A DNA stretch of 64,000 nucleotides from an uncultured Planctomycetaceae bacterium. Lineage in GTDB: Bacteria > Planctomycetota > Planctomycetia > Planctomycetales > Planctomycetaceae. The DNA is taken from contig CAWFGE010000015.1 of assembly GCA_963815195.1 (NCBI GenBank), positions 480,001 to 544,000 on the forward strand. Direction: 5' to 3'. Under the pieces are notes generated by a model. The model was given only the letters and a program-made list of their open reading frames with translations, made no database searches and was not told the origin of the DNA. Numbering within the stretch: the first letter of the stretch is position 1; the number at the start of each line of letters is the position of its first letter. A program made the position numbers and the translations under genes. Positions 31,603 through 41,421 of the stretch are shown piece by piece.

Positions 31603-34566
31603 ATGCGAAATTGGCGAGCGGGATTCATTCTGCACCTGTGGGCGATCGGCGCGGGCGTTCTGGCGGGAATGTTGCCGGGTTGCAGCCGATATGATTATGT
31701 TCGCGACGCCGACGATCAGGCGTACCGGCTGGTGTCGCAAAAATCCAACAACCCGCGCTGGGCCCAGCCGGCGTTCCGGATCGATCTCGATCCCCGCAGC
31801 CGGTATTTCGACCCGTATGACGACATCTCTCCGCCGATGCCCCCGGACGACCCGGCGTCGCATCGTTTCATGGAATATGTGGACAGCAAAAAGCACTGGT
31901 CGTATTGGAATCAATTCGGTATCCGCCCGAACCTGGAGAACTCTTCCTGGCGGGAAGAACTCGAACAGTACGTGGAGTTCACGGACGACGGCAAAGTGAA
32001 GCTGGGTCTGGAAGATGCGGTCCGGCTCGCGCTGATCCATCAACCCGACTACCAGCAGAACCTGGAAACGTTGTATCTCTCCGCCTTGGACGTGAGCACC
32101 GAGCGGTTCCGCTTCGATACGCAGTTCTTCGGCACCGTGCTCCCGCTGTATCGAAACACCGGCCCTCTCGCGGGCCAGATCGTGCAGCGGCCGAACCAGA
32201 TCGTCAGCAAAACGTTGAATTCCACCAGCCAGTGGGACAATGAATCCACCTTGACGGCCCAGCGGCAGTTGTCGACGGCGGGGCAGCTGCTCGTCGGCTT
32301 TGCGAACAGCACGGTCTGGGAACTCGTGGGCCGGAACACGGACGTCAGCACGTCGGTGCTCAACTTCAGCTTCGTGCAGCCGCTCTTAAGGGCCGGCGGC
32401 CGGGCGATCGCGCTCGAGCAGTTGACCATCGTGGAACGCGCGCTGCTGGCGAACCTGAGAGCCTTGGAACGCTACCGCAGAGGGTTCTTCACCAACATCG
32501 CCGTCGGCACCGACGGCACGCGCGGCCCCAGCCGCCGCGGGGGGTTCTTCGGCGGCACGGGCCTGACCGGGTTCACGGGGACGGGCAGCGGCGGCTTCGG
32601 CGGCGTCGGGGCGATCACGGGCTTCGGCGGCGGCTTCGGCGGCGGAGGCGCGGGCGGCACCGGCGGCGGGGCGGGAACCACGGGCTTTGCCGGCGGCGGG
32701 GCCGGGAATGTGGGCGGCTATTTCGGCCTCCTGCAGCGGATTCAGCAGATCCGCAACAGCCAGCAAACCCTCGAATTGCAACTCACCACGTTGGAACTCT
32801 TGGAAGATTTGTTCAAGGCCGGCTCGATCGATCGCGTCCAGGTGGATCAGTTCCGCCAAAACGTCGAGACCGAACGGGCCACCTTGCTGCAAGCCCAAAT
32901 CAGTTTTCAAGACTCCCTCGAAAACTTCCTCGTCAACACCTTGGGTTTGCCTCCGGAACTGCCGGTGGAATTGAAGGAAGGCTTTATCGAGCCGTTGCGG
33001 TTTACGACCGGAGAAATGCTTAACGTGCAGAACCAATTGGTCCAGATTTTCACGGACTTCGGGAACGGGCCGCCTCAGTTCAGCGTCGAAGAATTCAAGG
33101 CATATTTCGAGCGAGCCGCCGAAGTCTTCCGGGAAGCGGACGGTCTCGCGGAATCCATCCGGGAAGACTTGAAAAAGCTCGACGAGCGGGCCGAGACCCG
33201 CAAAGTCACGATGACCGAAACGGAAAAGAAACTCTTCGACGAAGAGCGCCAAGGGCTCGAAGAGAGCTTGCAGGAGACGGTCGAACAGCTGAAAACCTTG
33301 GCGGCCACGTTGGACGGGCTGAAACAAAATGTCGGCACCGCCAATCCGAAGGAAATGGAAAAATCCTTCGTGCAACTCGTCAAGAACATGCAAGACCGGG
33401 TGGGCAGCTTGTTTCAGATTCAAGCCCAGGCGCGGCTGGAGAGCCTCACCGTCGAAGAAGTCTCCCTCGATCCGCAAAAGGCCCTGCAAATCGCCCGCAC
33501 CTATCGCTTGGATTGGATGAACAACCGGGCCGCGCTCGTGGACACCTGGCGGCTCATTCAGTTCAATGCCAACGCCCTCAAGTCCAACCTGTCGCTGCGG
33601 TTTGACGGGAACATGTCCACCATCGGCGGGGACAACCCCTTCAAGTTCCGCGATGAATCCGGAACCGTGCGGGCCTCGGTCCAGTTCGATCCGCCGTTCA
33701 CCCGGCTCGTCGAACGCAACAACTTCCGCCAGCAGTTGATCACGTATCAACAATCCCGCCGGCAGTTGATCCAGTTCCGCGACGGCGTGTACTTCAATCT
33801 CCGGCAGATCCTGCGGAGCATCAAACAGCTACGCGTGAACCTGGAAATCCAGCGGCGGGCGGTGGCCATCGCGATTCGCCGCGTGGAACTGACGCGGGCC
33901 TACCTCAATCAGCCGCCCGGCCCCGCGCCCATCGGAGCGACACAGGCCCCGTCGGGCGCCTTGGAATCCACGGCCTCTCTGAACCTGCTCAACGCCCTCT
34001 CGGACCTGCGGAACACGCAGAACAACTTCCTGAGCGTGTACCTCAACTATTACGCGGCCCGGATGCTGCTTATCCGGGAACTGGGGCTGATGCGGCTCGA
34101 TGAGAACGGCGTGTGGGTCGATGAGCCGCTCGATCTCGCCTTGGCCCAAATCCAGCAACTCGGCTGCGAAAACCTGCCGCCCGAGATCCCGGATGAATGG
34201 CTGAGTCCGAAACAGTTCCCGGACACGCTGCTCAACGCGATCCCGGAAGGCCTTGGGGTGGGAATGCCGGAATTGACGCCGCCCCCCGCGCCGGGAGAAG
34301 GACCCGCGCTGCCGAACGGCTCCGCGCCCGCCTCGCCCGACGACCAGGACGAGAAACCCCGCGCTCCGAGCGCCTCCGCTCTCCTCCTGCCGGCCCCGCG
34401 ATCCCGAGGAGATCATAAACGCCGAAGCCCATTTTCCGTAATCCCCTCCCGGGGCAAACTGTCCGCAAAATGGACTTTCGAGGGAGAATCGCCACGCGTT
34501 TTCCGGCGCGGGGCGATTCTCCCTTGTTTTTTCGCGAAATGCACCTGTTACTATCAAAATTGTTGA
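31603..34566 (+). CDS. large TolC-family outer membrane efflux lipoprotein (true end possibly ~34418)
   Basis: Lipobox LPGC, OEP-like helices ('LEDAVRLAL', 'FVQPLLRAGG', 'LNALSDL...QNNFLSVYLNY'); first gene of an exporter operon. Confidence 0.75.
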   Translation: MRNWRAGFILHLWAIGAGVLAGMLPGCSRYDYVRDADDQAYRLVSQKSNNPRWAQPAFRIDLDPRSRYFDPYDDISPPMPPDDPASHRFMEYVDSKKHWSYWNQFGIRPNLENSSWREELEQYVEFTDDGKVKLGLEDAVRLALIHQPDYQQNLETLYLSALDVSTERFRFDTQFFGTVLPLYRNTGPLAGQIVQRPNQIVSKTLNSTSQWDNESTLTAQRQLSTAGQLLVGFANSTVWELVGRNTDVSTSVLNFSFVQPLLRAGGRAIALEQLTIVERALLANLRALERYRRGFFTNIAVGTDGTRGPSRRGGFFGGTGLTGFTGTGSGGFGGVGAITGFGGGFGGGGAGGTGGGAGTTGFAGGGAGNVGGYFGLLQRIQQIRNSQQTLELQLTTLELLEDLFKAGSIDRVQVDQFRQNVETERATLLQAQISFQDSLENFLVNTLGLPPELPVELKEGFIEPLRFTTGEMLNVQNQLVQIFTDFGNGPPQFSVEEFKAYFERAAEVFREADGLAESIREDLKKLDERAETRKVTMTETEKKLFDEERQGLEESLQETVEQLKTLAATLDGLKQNVGTANPKEMEKSFVQLVKNMQDRVGSLFQIQAQARLESLTVEEVSLDPQKALQIARTYRLDWMNNRAALVDTWRLIQFNANALKSNLSLRFDGNMSTIGGDNPFKFRDESGTVRASVQFDPPFTRLVERNNFRQQLITYQQSRRQLIQFRDGVYFNLRQILRSIKQLRVNLEIQRRAVAIAIRRVELTRAYLNQPPGPAPIGATQAPSGALESTASLNLLNALSDLRNTQNNFLSVYLNYYAARMLLIRELGLMRLDENGVWVDEPLDLALAQIQQLGCENLPPEIPDEWLSPKQFPDTLLNAIPEGLGVGMPELTPPPAPGEGPALPNGSAPASPDDQDEKPRAPSASALLLPAPRSRGDHKRRSPFSVIPSRGKLSAKWTFEGESPRVFRRGAILPCFFAKCTCYYQNC

Positions 34567-34691
34567 TTTGAACGGTCGCCAGTCGCGGGTTTGGTGTTTA
34601 TACTATTCTTAGACAAAACTCACCCGATGACATCTTTCCTTTCCGGCCACCTTCGCCTTCCCGGGCCGAACCTCTCATCCAAGGTGCAACT

Positions 34692-36638
34692 ATGGCCAAT
34701 TCAGCAATTGATTCCGTGCACGAATCGGAAGCCCCCGAAGTCTCCCGCAAGCGGCCTTCCCTGGAACTGCCCAACCAACCCAAAAGCACCTCCGGCCGGC
34801 GGAGCGGCGGCAGCATGGCCCGCTGGTTTTTGGCCTTGGGCGTGGTCGGGGTGATGGGCACCGCGGCTTATACGCTCCCCCGATTTTCCAGCCTGGGAGC
34901 GTCGAGCCCGCAAGACCATTGGCTCACCGAACCCGCGGCCCGCAAACGGCTGATCCTTAAAGTCACCGAAGACGGCAATATCGAAAGCGCCAGCAACATC
35001 GATGTGAAATGCGAAGTCCTCGGCGGCAGCACAATTCTGTGGATCGTCGAAGACGGCAAGCGGGTCGAACAAGACGAAGTCATCGTCCGCCTGGACCAGT
35101 CGGCGATCGAGACGCAGCTCAGCACGCAAAAGATCGCGACCGAGAAAGCCGAGGCCATCAAAATCCAAGCCGAGCAGGATTACGAAGCCGCCAAAATCGC
35201 CGTCGAGGAATATCAAAAAGGCACCTTCGTGATGGACCAGCAGAACCTGGAAGCGTCGGTCAAGATCGCGTTGGAGAACCTGCGGGCCGCGGAGAATCTG
35301 TACAACCACACGGAGTCCATGTTCCGCAAAGGCTTTGTGACGAAGCAGCAACTCGAGTCCGACCAGTTCGGCATGCAGCGGACGGAATTGGAACTGAAGT
35401 CCGCCCAGACCGCTTTGAAAGTCCTCCGCGACTACACAAAAGACAAAATGCTCACCCAGCTCAAAGCCACCCGCGACGCCGCCGCCGCAAGAATGCGGTC
35501 GGAGCAGGCGGCCTTGGACCTGGAAAAGTCCAACCTGAAAAAGCTGGAGCAGCAGCTTGCCAAGTGCGTGATCCTCGCGCCCGCAGGATGGGATGGTGAT
35601 TTATGCCAACGAGCAGGGCCGGCGGTCCTCGAGCGAAGTGTCGATCGAGGAAGGGGCCGCCGTCCGCGAACGGCAGTCGATCATCAAGCTTCCGGACCTC
35701 AGCGCGGATGCAGGTCAAAGTCCCCGTGCACGAGACCAAAGTCGAGCAGATGGAAGTCGGCATGCCCGCCCGAATCACCGTGCAGGACCGCACCTACAAC
35801 GGCAAAGTCGTCGCGGTCGCCAATCAGCCCGAACCCAAGAACTGGTTCTCCTCCGACATCAAGCTGTATGCGACGACCGTGGCCATCGAAGGGGAAACCA
35901 AAAACCTCAAGCCGGGCATGACGGCGGCGGTGGAAATCTTCGTCGCGGACATTCCCAACGCCCTCACCGTGAACGTCTCCGCCGTGGTGGAGCAGGGCGG
36001 CAAGTTCTTCGTGTGGGTCGCCAAACCCGACAAGCCCGAACGCCGCCCCGTGCTCTTGGGCCGGACCGACGAAAACGTGGTCGAGATCAAAGATGGCGTT
36101 GTGGAAGGCGAGAACGTGCTGCTCAACCCGCGGGCGGTCGTCGCGGAAGCCCGCGAGGACGATGCGGTCGATGAGAGCACCAAGGACCTGCCCCAAGGCA
36201 TTCCCACCGGACCGGACGCGGGCACCGGTCAAGGAAAACCCGCCAAGCCCGCCGGCCCGCCGAAGTTCTCGGACCTCGACAAAAACAAAGACGGCAAATT
36301 GACCGAGGACGAAGCCCCCGAACGGATGAAGCAAAACTTCAGCCGATTGGACACCGACAAAGACGGCTCTGTCAGCCCCTCCGAATGGGCCGCCATCCAA
36401 CGCCGCCGGCAACAAGGCGGCGGACCAGGTGGACCAGGCGGTGGTGGACCCGGCGGTCGCCCAGGCGGACCAGGTGGTCGTCCCGGCGGTGCCGGAGCAG
36501 CAGGCGCGCAGCAGCGGCGCTGGAGCAGCAGGCGCAGCAGGTGCCGGAGCAGCAGGTGCCGGAGCAGCAGGCGCCGGAGCAGCAGGGCGGAGCGGGCGCC
36601 GGCGGATTCCGAATGGTCAAGCGAGTCGAGCCGCGTGA
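34692..36638 (+). CDS. HlyD/MacA-type periplasmic adaptor with C-terminal EF-hands (several frameshifts)
   Basis: 'IVEDGKRVEQDEVIVRLD', coiled coil, 'ILAP', 'LKPGMTAAVEI', EF-hand loops DKNKDGKLTEDE and DTDKDGSVSPSE. Confidence 0.8.
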
Positions 36639-36765
36639 GCAATCGGATGAGCATCACCCCATTGCTCGCGCGGCGATCGACACCAGGATGGTCCCCACTC
36701 GCCCAATCTCCCCCTCGCCCAATCTCCCGCTCTCCCAATCTTGTTTCTCCCCAAGGGGACTTCGC

Positions 36766-38094
36766 GTGTTGTTCGGTTTTCTTCGAGCGTTAAGGTTCGG
36801 CTTCAAAAGCTTGCTGGTGCACAAGCTCCGCTCGGGCCTCGCCATGCTGGGGATTCTCATCGGCGTCACGGCGGTCATCTGGCTCGTCGCCTTGGGCGAA
36901 GGCGTGAGCTATCAAGCCCAGCAGCAGATCAAGGAACTCGGCGCGACCAACATCATCATCAAAAGTGCAAAGCCCTCGCTCACCAGCAGCGGCGGCGGCG
37001 GCGGAGCCTTTATCATTGAATACGGCCTCAAACGCCGGGACTTCGACCGCATCGTTCGCCTGCCCACCGTCCTGCGAGCCGTCCCCATGCGGGAAATCCG
37101 CCGGGAAGCCTGGTACGGAGAGCGAAGCCGCGACATCCAGCTCATCGGCTGCACGCCGGAGTATTTCGAGATCAACCGCCTGGAGATGGACCACGGCCGG
37201 TTTCTTTCGGACCGCGATCTGGACCGCAACGACAACGTCTGCGTCATCGCCGCGGGAGCCGCCGAGCATTTCTTCCCTTACGAAAACCCCGTCGGCCGCC
37301 GACTGCTGATCGATGAGGATTACTACACCATCATCGGCCAGACCAAAAACCGCCAAGCCAGCGCTTCCATCGGCGGCAGCTTCGAGGGCCGGGATTACAA
37401 CTTCGACGTTTATATTCCGCTCACCACGCTCCGGGTCCGCATCGGCGATCAGGTCATCACCAGCAGTGCCGGCAGCCGGGAAGGGGAACTGGTCGAGCTC
37501 AGCCAGATCACCGTCACCGTGGACGACATCGACCATGTTGAAGAAACCGCCGACATCGTGGAGATCCTCCTCGAGAAGTTTCACAAAGATTTGGATTACT
37601 CGGTCACCGTCCCCAAGGAACTCCTCAAGCAGGCCGAGATGGTGCGAATGATGTTCAACGTCCTCTTGGTGTTGATCGCCGGCATCTCGCTGGTCGTGGG
37701 CGGGATCGGGATTATGAACATCATGCTCGCCACCGTGACGGAGCGGACGCGGGAGATCGGCATCCGCCGGGCCTTGGGCGCGAAACGCTGGGACATCACC
37801 GTGCAGTTTCTCGCCGAGACCATCGTGCTCGCCGCGGTGGGCGGGCTGTTGGGCGTCGTGTTCGGTTTCCTGTGCGGCGCCACGGTCCGCGGCGTCAAGT
37901 ACCAGTTTCAAAACTGGCTGCCCGAGTATTGGGAAAAACTGCCGCCGACGATCCGCGACCTCGAACCGATGATCGCCACCTGGTCGGTGGTGGCCGCCTT
38001 TGGGATTTCCGTGGGCGTGGGCATCTTGTTCGGCCTGTATCCCGCCCGCCGAGCCGCCCGCATGGACCCCATCGAAGCCCTGAGACACGAATAA
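36766..38094 (+). CDS. MacB-like ABC transporter permease
   Basis: 'KLRSGLAMLGILIGV', 'VGGIGIMNIMLATVTERTREIGIRRALGA', 'GLYPARRAARMDPIEALRHE'. Confidence 0.93.
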   Translation: MLFGFLRALRFGFKSLLVHKLRSGLAMLGILIGVTAVIWLVALGEGVSYQAQQQIKELGATNIIIKSAKPSLTSSGGGGGAFIIEYGLKRRDFDRIVRLPTVLRAVPMREIRREAWYGERSRDIQLIGCTPEYFEINRLEMDHGRFLSDRDLDRNDNVCVIAAGAAEHFFPYENPVGRRLLIDEDYYTIIGQTKNRQASASIGGSFEGRDYNFDVYIPLTTLRVRIGDQVITSSAGSREGELVELSQITVTVDDIDHVEETADIVEILLEKFHKDLDYSVTVPKELLKQAEMVRMMFNVLLVLIAGISLVVGGIGIMNIMLATVTERTREIGIRRALGAKRWDITVQFLAETIVLAAVGGLLGVVFGFLCGATVRGVKYQFQNWLPEYWEKLPPTIRDLEPMIATWSVVAAFGISVGVGILFGLYPARRAARMDPIEALRHE

Positions 38095-38101
38095 GGATTT
38101 T

Positions 38102-38340
38102 GAGAGCCGCGCACAAAGTAAGCGGTTTTGAGAGCCGCGCACAAAGTAAGCGGTTTTGAGAGCCGCGCACAAAGTAAGCGGTTTTGAGAGCCGCGCACAA
38201 AGTAAGCGGTTTTGAGAGCCGCGCACAAAGTAAGCGGTTTTGAGAGCCGCGCACAAAGTAAGCGGTTTTGAGAGCCGCGCACAAAGTAAGCGGTTTTTTA
38301 GATTGATCGATCGCCGTACCGCTGACTTCGTGCGCGGCTC
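38102..38340 (+). repeat. 7 x 28-bp perfect tandem array plus one inverted partner
   Basis: GAGAGCCGCGCACAAAGTAAGCGGTTTT x7 (38102-38297); inverted ACCGCTGACTTCGTGCGCGGCTC at 38318-38340. Confidence 0.95.
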
Positions 38341-38416
38341 TGGCGTCTTTTGGAACGACCGAGTTCATACGACGAACGAGTTGTAAAACTTCTAACACCC
38401 CAACAATTGCGAACTC

Positions 38417-39115
38417 ATGCGATTAGCCGGTCAAGTTGTCGATCTCCACAAGTATTACTTCCTCGGCGATGTGGTCGTGAAGGCGCTCGACGGCGTCACG
38501 GTCGACTTTCCCGAAGGCGATTATGTCGCGCTCATGGGAACCTCCGGCAGCGGGAAGAGTACGCTGCTCAATCTGCTCGGCGCGCTCGATCGGCCCACGA
38601 GCGGAACCTACGTCCTGGCCGGGCACGATGTCTCCACGCTCAGCGATGATGACCTCTCCGACATCCGCAACCAGTGGATCGGGTTCATCTTCCAATCGTA
38701 TAACCTGATTGCCCAATACACCGTCCTCGAAAACATCCAGGTCCCGCTGCAATACCGGCCCGGCCATCCGCCGATCTCCGCCAAAGACATCAACTATTGC
38801 ATCGACCTGGCCTCCTCGCTAGGCCTGGGCGATCGTCTGGATCACCGGCCCAGCCAACTCTCCGGCGGCCAGCAACAGCGCGTCGCCATCGCCCGGGCTT
38901 TGATCAACGACCCGGCGATCATTCTCGCCGACGAACCCACCGGGAACCTCGACAGCAAGACGGGCGAGGAGATCATGGGCATCATGCAGCACCTGAACAA
39001 CGAGGGCCGGACGATCATCATGGTCACCCACGAACCCGACATCGCCCGCCACGCCAACCGCCAGCTCTACATGCGCGACGGCCGAATCGCCGGCGAAGGC
39101 ATCTTCCCGGGCTGA
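38417..39115 (+). CDS. ABC transporter ATP-binding protein (LolD/MacB-type)
   Basis: GTSGSGKS, LSGGQQQRVAIARAL, ILADEPTGNLD, MVTH. Confidence 0.95.
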   Translation: MRLAGQVVDLHKYYFLGDVVVKALDGVTVDFPEGDYVALMGTSGSGKSTLLNLLGALDRPTSGTYVLAGHDVSTLSDDDLSDIRNQWIGFIFQSYNLIAQYTVLENIQVPLQYRPGHPPISAKDINYCIDLASSLGLGDRLDHRPSQLSGGQQQRVAIARALINDPAIILADEPTGNLDSKTGEEIMGIMQHLNNEGRTIIMVTHEPDIARHANRQLYMRDGRIAGEGIFPG

Positions 39116-39187
39116 TCGCCGATTGCAGTTTCCCCCTTGTTCCGCGCGGGGCCGGGGCGTACAAGAGCGGAGTTACACGCCCCGCTC

Positions 39188-39301
39188 GGGTGCCACTGGC
39201 AACTTGTTGCCAGTGCCTTTGCCCAGGTTTTTGACGCAGGTTTTTTCGATATCGAGTTTGGATTAAAAAAAACACTGGCAGCAAGCTGCCAGTGGCACCC
39301 G
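39188..39301. repeat. REPIN-like element, GGGTGCCACTGGC family, copy 1
   Basis: CGGGTGCCACTGGCAACTTGTTGCCAGTG ... CACTGGCAGCAAGCTGCCAGTGGCACCCG. Confidence 0.85.
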
Positions 39302-39448
39302 GCGGTCCCTGGTGGCACAGTCAAATTCTCCGACACAACGGTCTTGCCGGGCCGGTTCCAAATCCGCATCGGTCGAACGCTCTTCGACGTAACGCAAAAC
39401 CGAATCATCGTTGACGGAAAAGAGTACAATTGGCGAAGGCCATAGCGC

Positions 39449-39560
39449 GGGTGCCGCTGGCAACTTGTTGCCAGGGCCTTCGCGGAGCTTCCCAACGGAC
39501 GTTTCTCAGGCGTCGAATTTGAATGGAAAAAACAGAGCCAGCAAGGTGCCAGCCGCATCC
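39449..39560. repeat. GGGTGCCACTGGC family, copy 2 (degenerate)
   Basis: CGGGTGCCGCTGGCAACTTGTTGCCAGGG ... CAGAGCCAGCAAGGTGCCAGCCGCATCC. Confidence 0.7.
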
Positions 39561-39600
39561 ATCGGGCAGTTTTTGTTACAATCCGGGAAAGGAGATCGCC

Positions 39601-39846
39601 ATGATCGAACTCACCGAAGAGCAAAGCCAAGAGCTCTTGGCACCCGAACCCGTCGCCGTCGATCCGCAAACGAACACGAAATACGTGTTGGTGCGCCAGG
39701 AAGTCTATGAGCGTCTGAAGGGACTAATCGCGATGGATGATTACGACCCTGACGAAGGGGCGGCGTACATCAATGAGATCATGGCCAAGGACGACGCCAA
39801 AGATCCGTACTTGGAAAGCTACCAACATCACCGGAAAAACGCATGA
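39601..39846 (+). CDS. putative antitoxin
   Basis: 81-aa acidic ORF with GGAG RBS and ATGA overlap with the downstream toxin. Confidence 0.7.
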   Translation: MIELTEEQSQELLAPEPVAVDPQTNTKYVLVRQEVYERLKGLIAMDDYDPDEGAAYINEIMAKDDAKDPYLESYQHHRKNA

Positions 39847-40193
39847 AGCGGGGTGACATCGTCCTCGTGCCTTTCCCTTTCCAGGACAAACTGGCGGAGA
39901 AGATCCGGCCTGTGGTCGTGGTGCAGTCGGACGCGGAAACGGGGCGTCTGATCAACACGATCGTTGCGATGATCACGGGCAATACGGATGACGCCGGTCA
40001 ACCGACGACGCTTTTGGTCGATCCTTCGACGCCCGAAGGGGCAGGATCGGGTTTGGCCGGCCCGTGTCTCATCAAAGCCTATTACTTGGCCACGGTGCGG
40101 CAGAATCGCGTCATCGCGACTTTAGGGTATCTCTCGGACGTTTTAAAAAACAAACTCGACGCCTGCCTAAAAGCGGCCCTGGATTTGCCTTGA
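39843..40193 (+). CDS. PemK/MazF-family toxin
   Basis: 'MKRGDIVLVPFPF...KIRPVVVVQSD...IVAMIT'. Confidence 0.9.
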   Translation: MKRGDIVLVPFPFQDKLAEKIRPVVVVQSDAETGRLINTIVAMITGNTDDAGQPTTLLVDPSTPEGAGSGLAGPCLIKAYYLATVRQNRVIATLGYLSDVLKNKLDACLKAALDLP

Positions 40194-40243
40194 CCGCGCC
40201 CTAATACAACCTATAAACGTTCGAGCAAATAGAGATTTATACC

Positions 40244-40516
40244 GTGTACGACCTGGAGCGAGTTGGGAACCTCGTGGAGGCTGGTCTTTGGGCCGCGGTG
40301 GCTTGTGTTTGCCTCGTGCAGGCGTGTCGTGTCCGGGGGCGTCTCCGGCGCGTGTTCGCCGGGCTCTCGATTGCCTTTCTTGCTTTCGGCGCTTCCGATG
40401 TTGTCGAGGCACACACGGGCACTTGGTGGCGACCGGTCTGGTTGCTGGTCTGGAAGGGCATGTGTCTGACGGCCATTGGCCTCGGATTTTGGCAGTATTA
40501 CCGGATCAGTAAGTAG
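40244..40516 (+). CDS. small membrane protein
   Basis: Three hydrophobic segments, 'FGASDVVEAHTGTWWRPVWLLVWKG'. Confidence 0.6.
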   Translation: MYDLERVGNLVEAGLWAAVACVCLVQACRVRGRLRRVFAGLSIAFLAFGASDVVEAHTGTWWRPVWLLVWKGMCLTAIGLGFWQYYRISK

Positions 40517-40529
40517 GGCTTCGTGCGCT

Positions 40530-40632
40530 CGGGTGCCACTGGCAACTTGTTGCCAGTGCCTTCGCCGAGCTTTTTGACGCACGTTTTTCCGATATTGAGT
40601 TTGGGTTAAAAAAAACACGGGCAGCAAGCTGC
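40530..40632. repeat. GGGTGCCACTGGC family, copy 3 (right arm truncated)
   Basis: Same left arm and similar internal spacer (TTTTTGACGC...GAGTTTGG..TTAAAAAAAACAC) as 39188-39301. Confidence 0.8.
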
Positions 40633-40795
40633 GGAGTTTTCGGGCGTCGTCCCGGAAATGTGTTGGATCCGTGGATTCGTGTCTGGTAGGCTTTGAGATA
40701 TTGTCGAGCCCACTGGAAAGGTATCCGCAAAACGGGATCCTCTGCATCCGTGGCTCCAACACCCTGCCGGTCCCCAATTGGAAAAGGAGAACGCA

Positions 40796-41113
40796 ATGAA
40801 AAGGCTCGTCTCGATGGTGGCGTTTCTTGCCGTCGTTTGTTCCGCGATGACGCTGTCGGCCGCGGAAAAGCGGCCGGAAGTTCTCGCCGTCATTTTGAAA
40901 GTCAATGAACCGGGGACAATCAGCTTGGCGATAAGCGTCGGCAGCGACGATGGCGTAAAAGCCGGCGATGTCTTTGCCGTTTACCGAGGCAAGAAGGACT
41001 TGGGCAAGGTGAAGATTACGAAAGTCACCCCCGGCCAATCGGCTGCGAAGATTACGAAGTTGGAAGAGGGCCAGAAACTCCAAAGGGGCGACTTTGCGAT
41101 TCGAAGGCGCTGA
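40796..41113 (+). CDS. small exported beta-barrel protein (FlgT C-terminal-like)
   Basis: AAGGAG RBS, signal peptide, 'ISVGSDDGVKAGDVFAVYR...GKVKITKV'. Confidence 0.6.
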   Translation: MKRLVSMVAFLAVVCSAMTLSAAEKRPEVLAVILKVNEPGTISLAISVGSDDGVKAGDVFAVYRGKKDLGKVKITKVTPGQSAAKITKLEEGQKLQRGDFAIRRR

Positions 41114-41323
41114 CACAAATTGGCGGACGATGCGTTGCCCGCGTCTTACCGCGAGAACGAGCGAGGACGAAAATGAACTCGAAACCGCGGGAATCCGACT
41201 GGAAGATCGTCTCGTCGGGGAAAACCGCAGGGCCAGCCTTGGGATCTCAGGATTTTGCCTATACTCTAAACCCGGCATATCTTGCGAAATCGACATATTG
41301 TGCGCAATCTCGCTATTTCCGTA

Positions 41324-41351
41324 TTGACACCCAGGTTAGGCAGGGTAACTT
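41324..41351 (+). promoter_or_regulatory. possible sigma70 promoter
   Basis: TTGACA-N16-TAACTT about 70 bp upstream of the 41422 start. Confidence 0.4.
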
Positions 41352-41421
41352 GAGCGCCGGGTTCTAAACTTCACTGTGGTGCCCAACGAATCCCTTTCTA
41401 ACAAACTGAGGAGAGAGACTT

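Noticed and set aside
38102..38297. CRISPR array
   Set aside because: The 28-bp units are contiguous with no spacers, no cas genes are present, and the unit is a dispersed REP-like arm.
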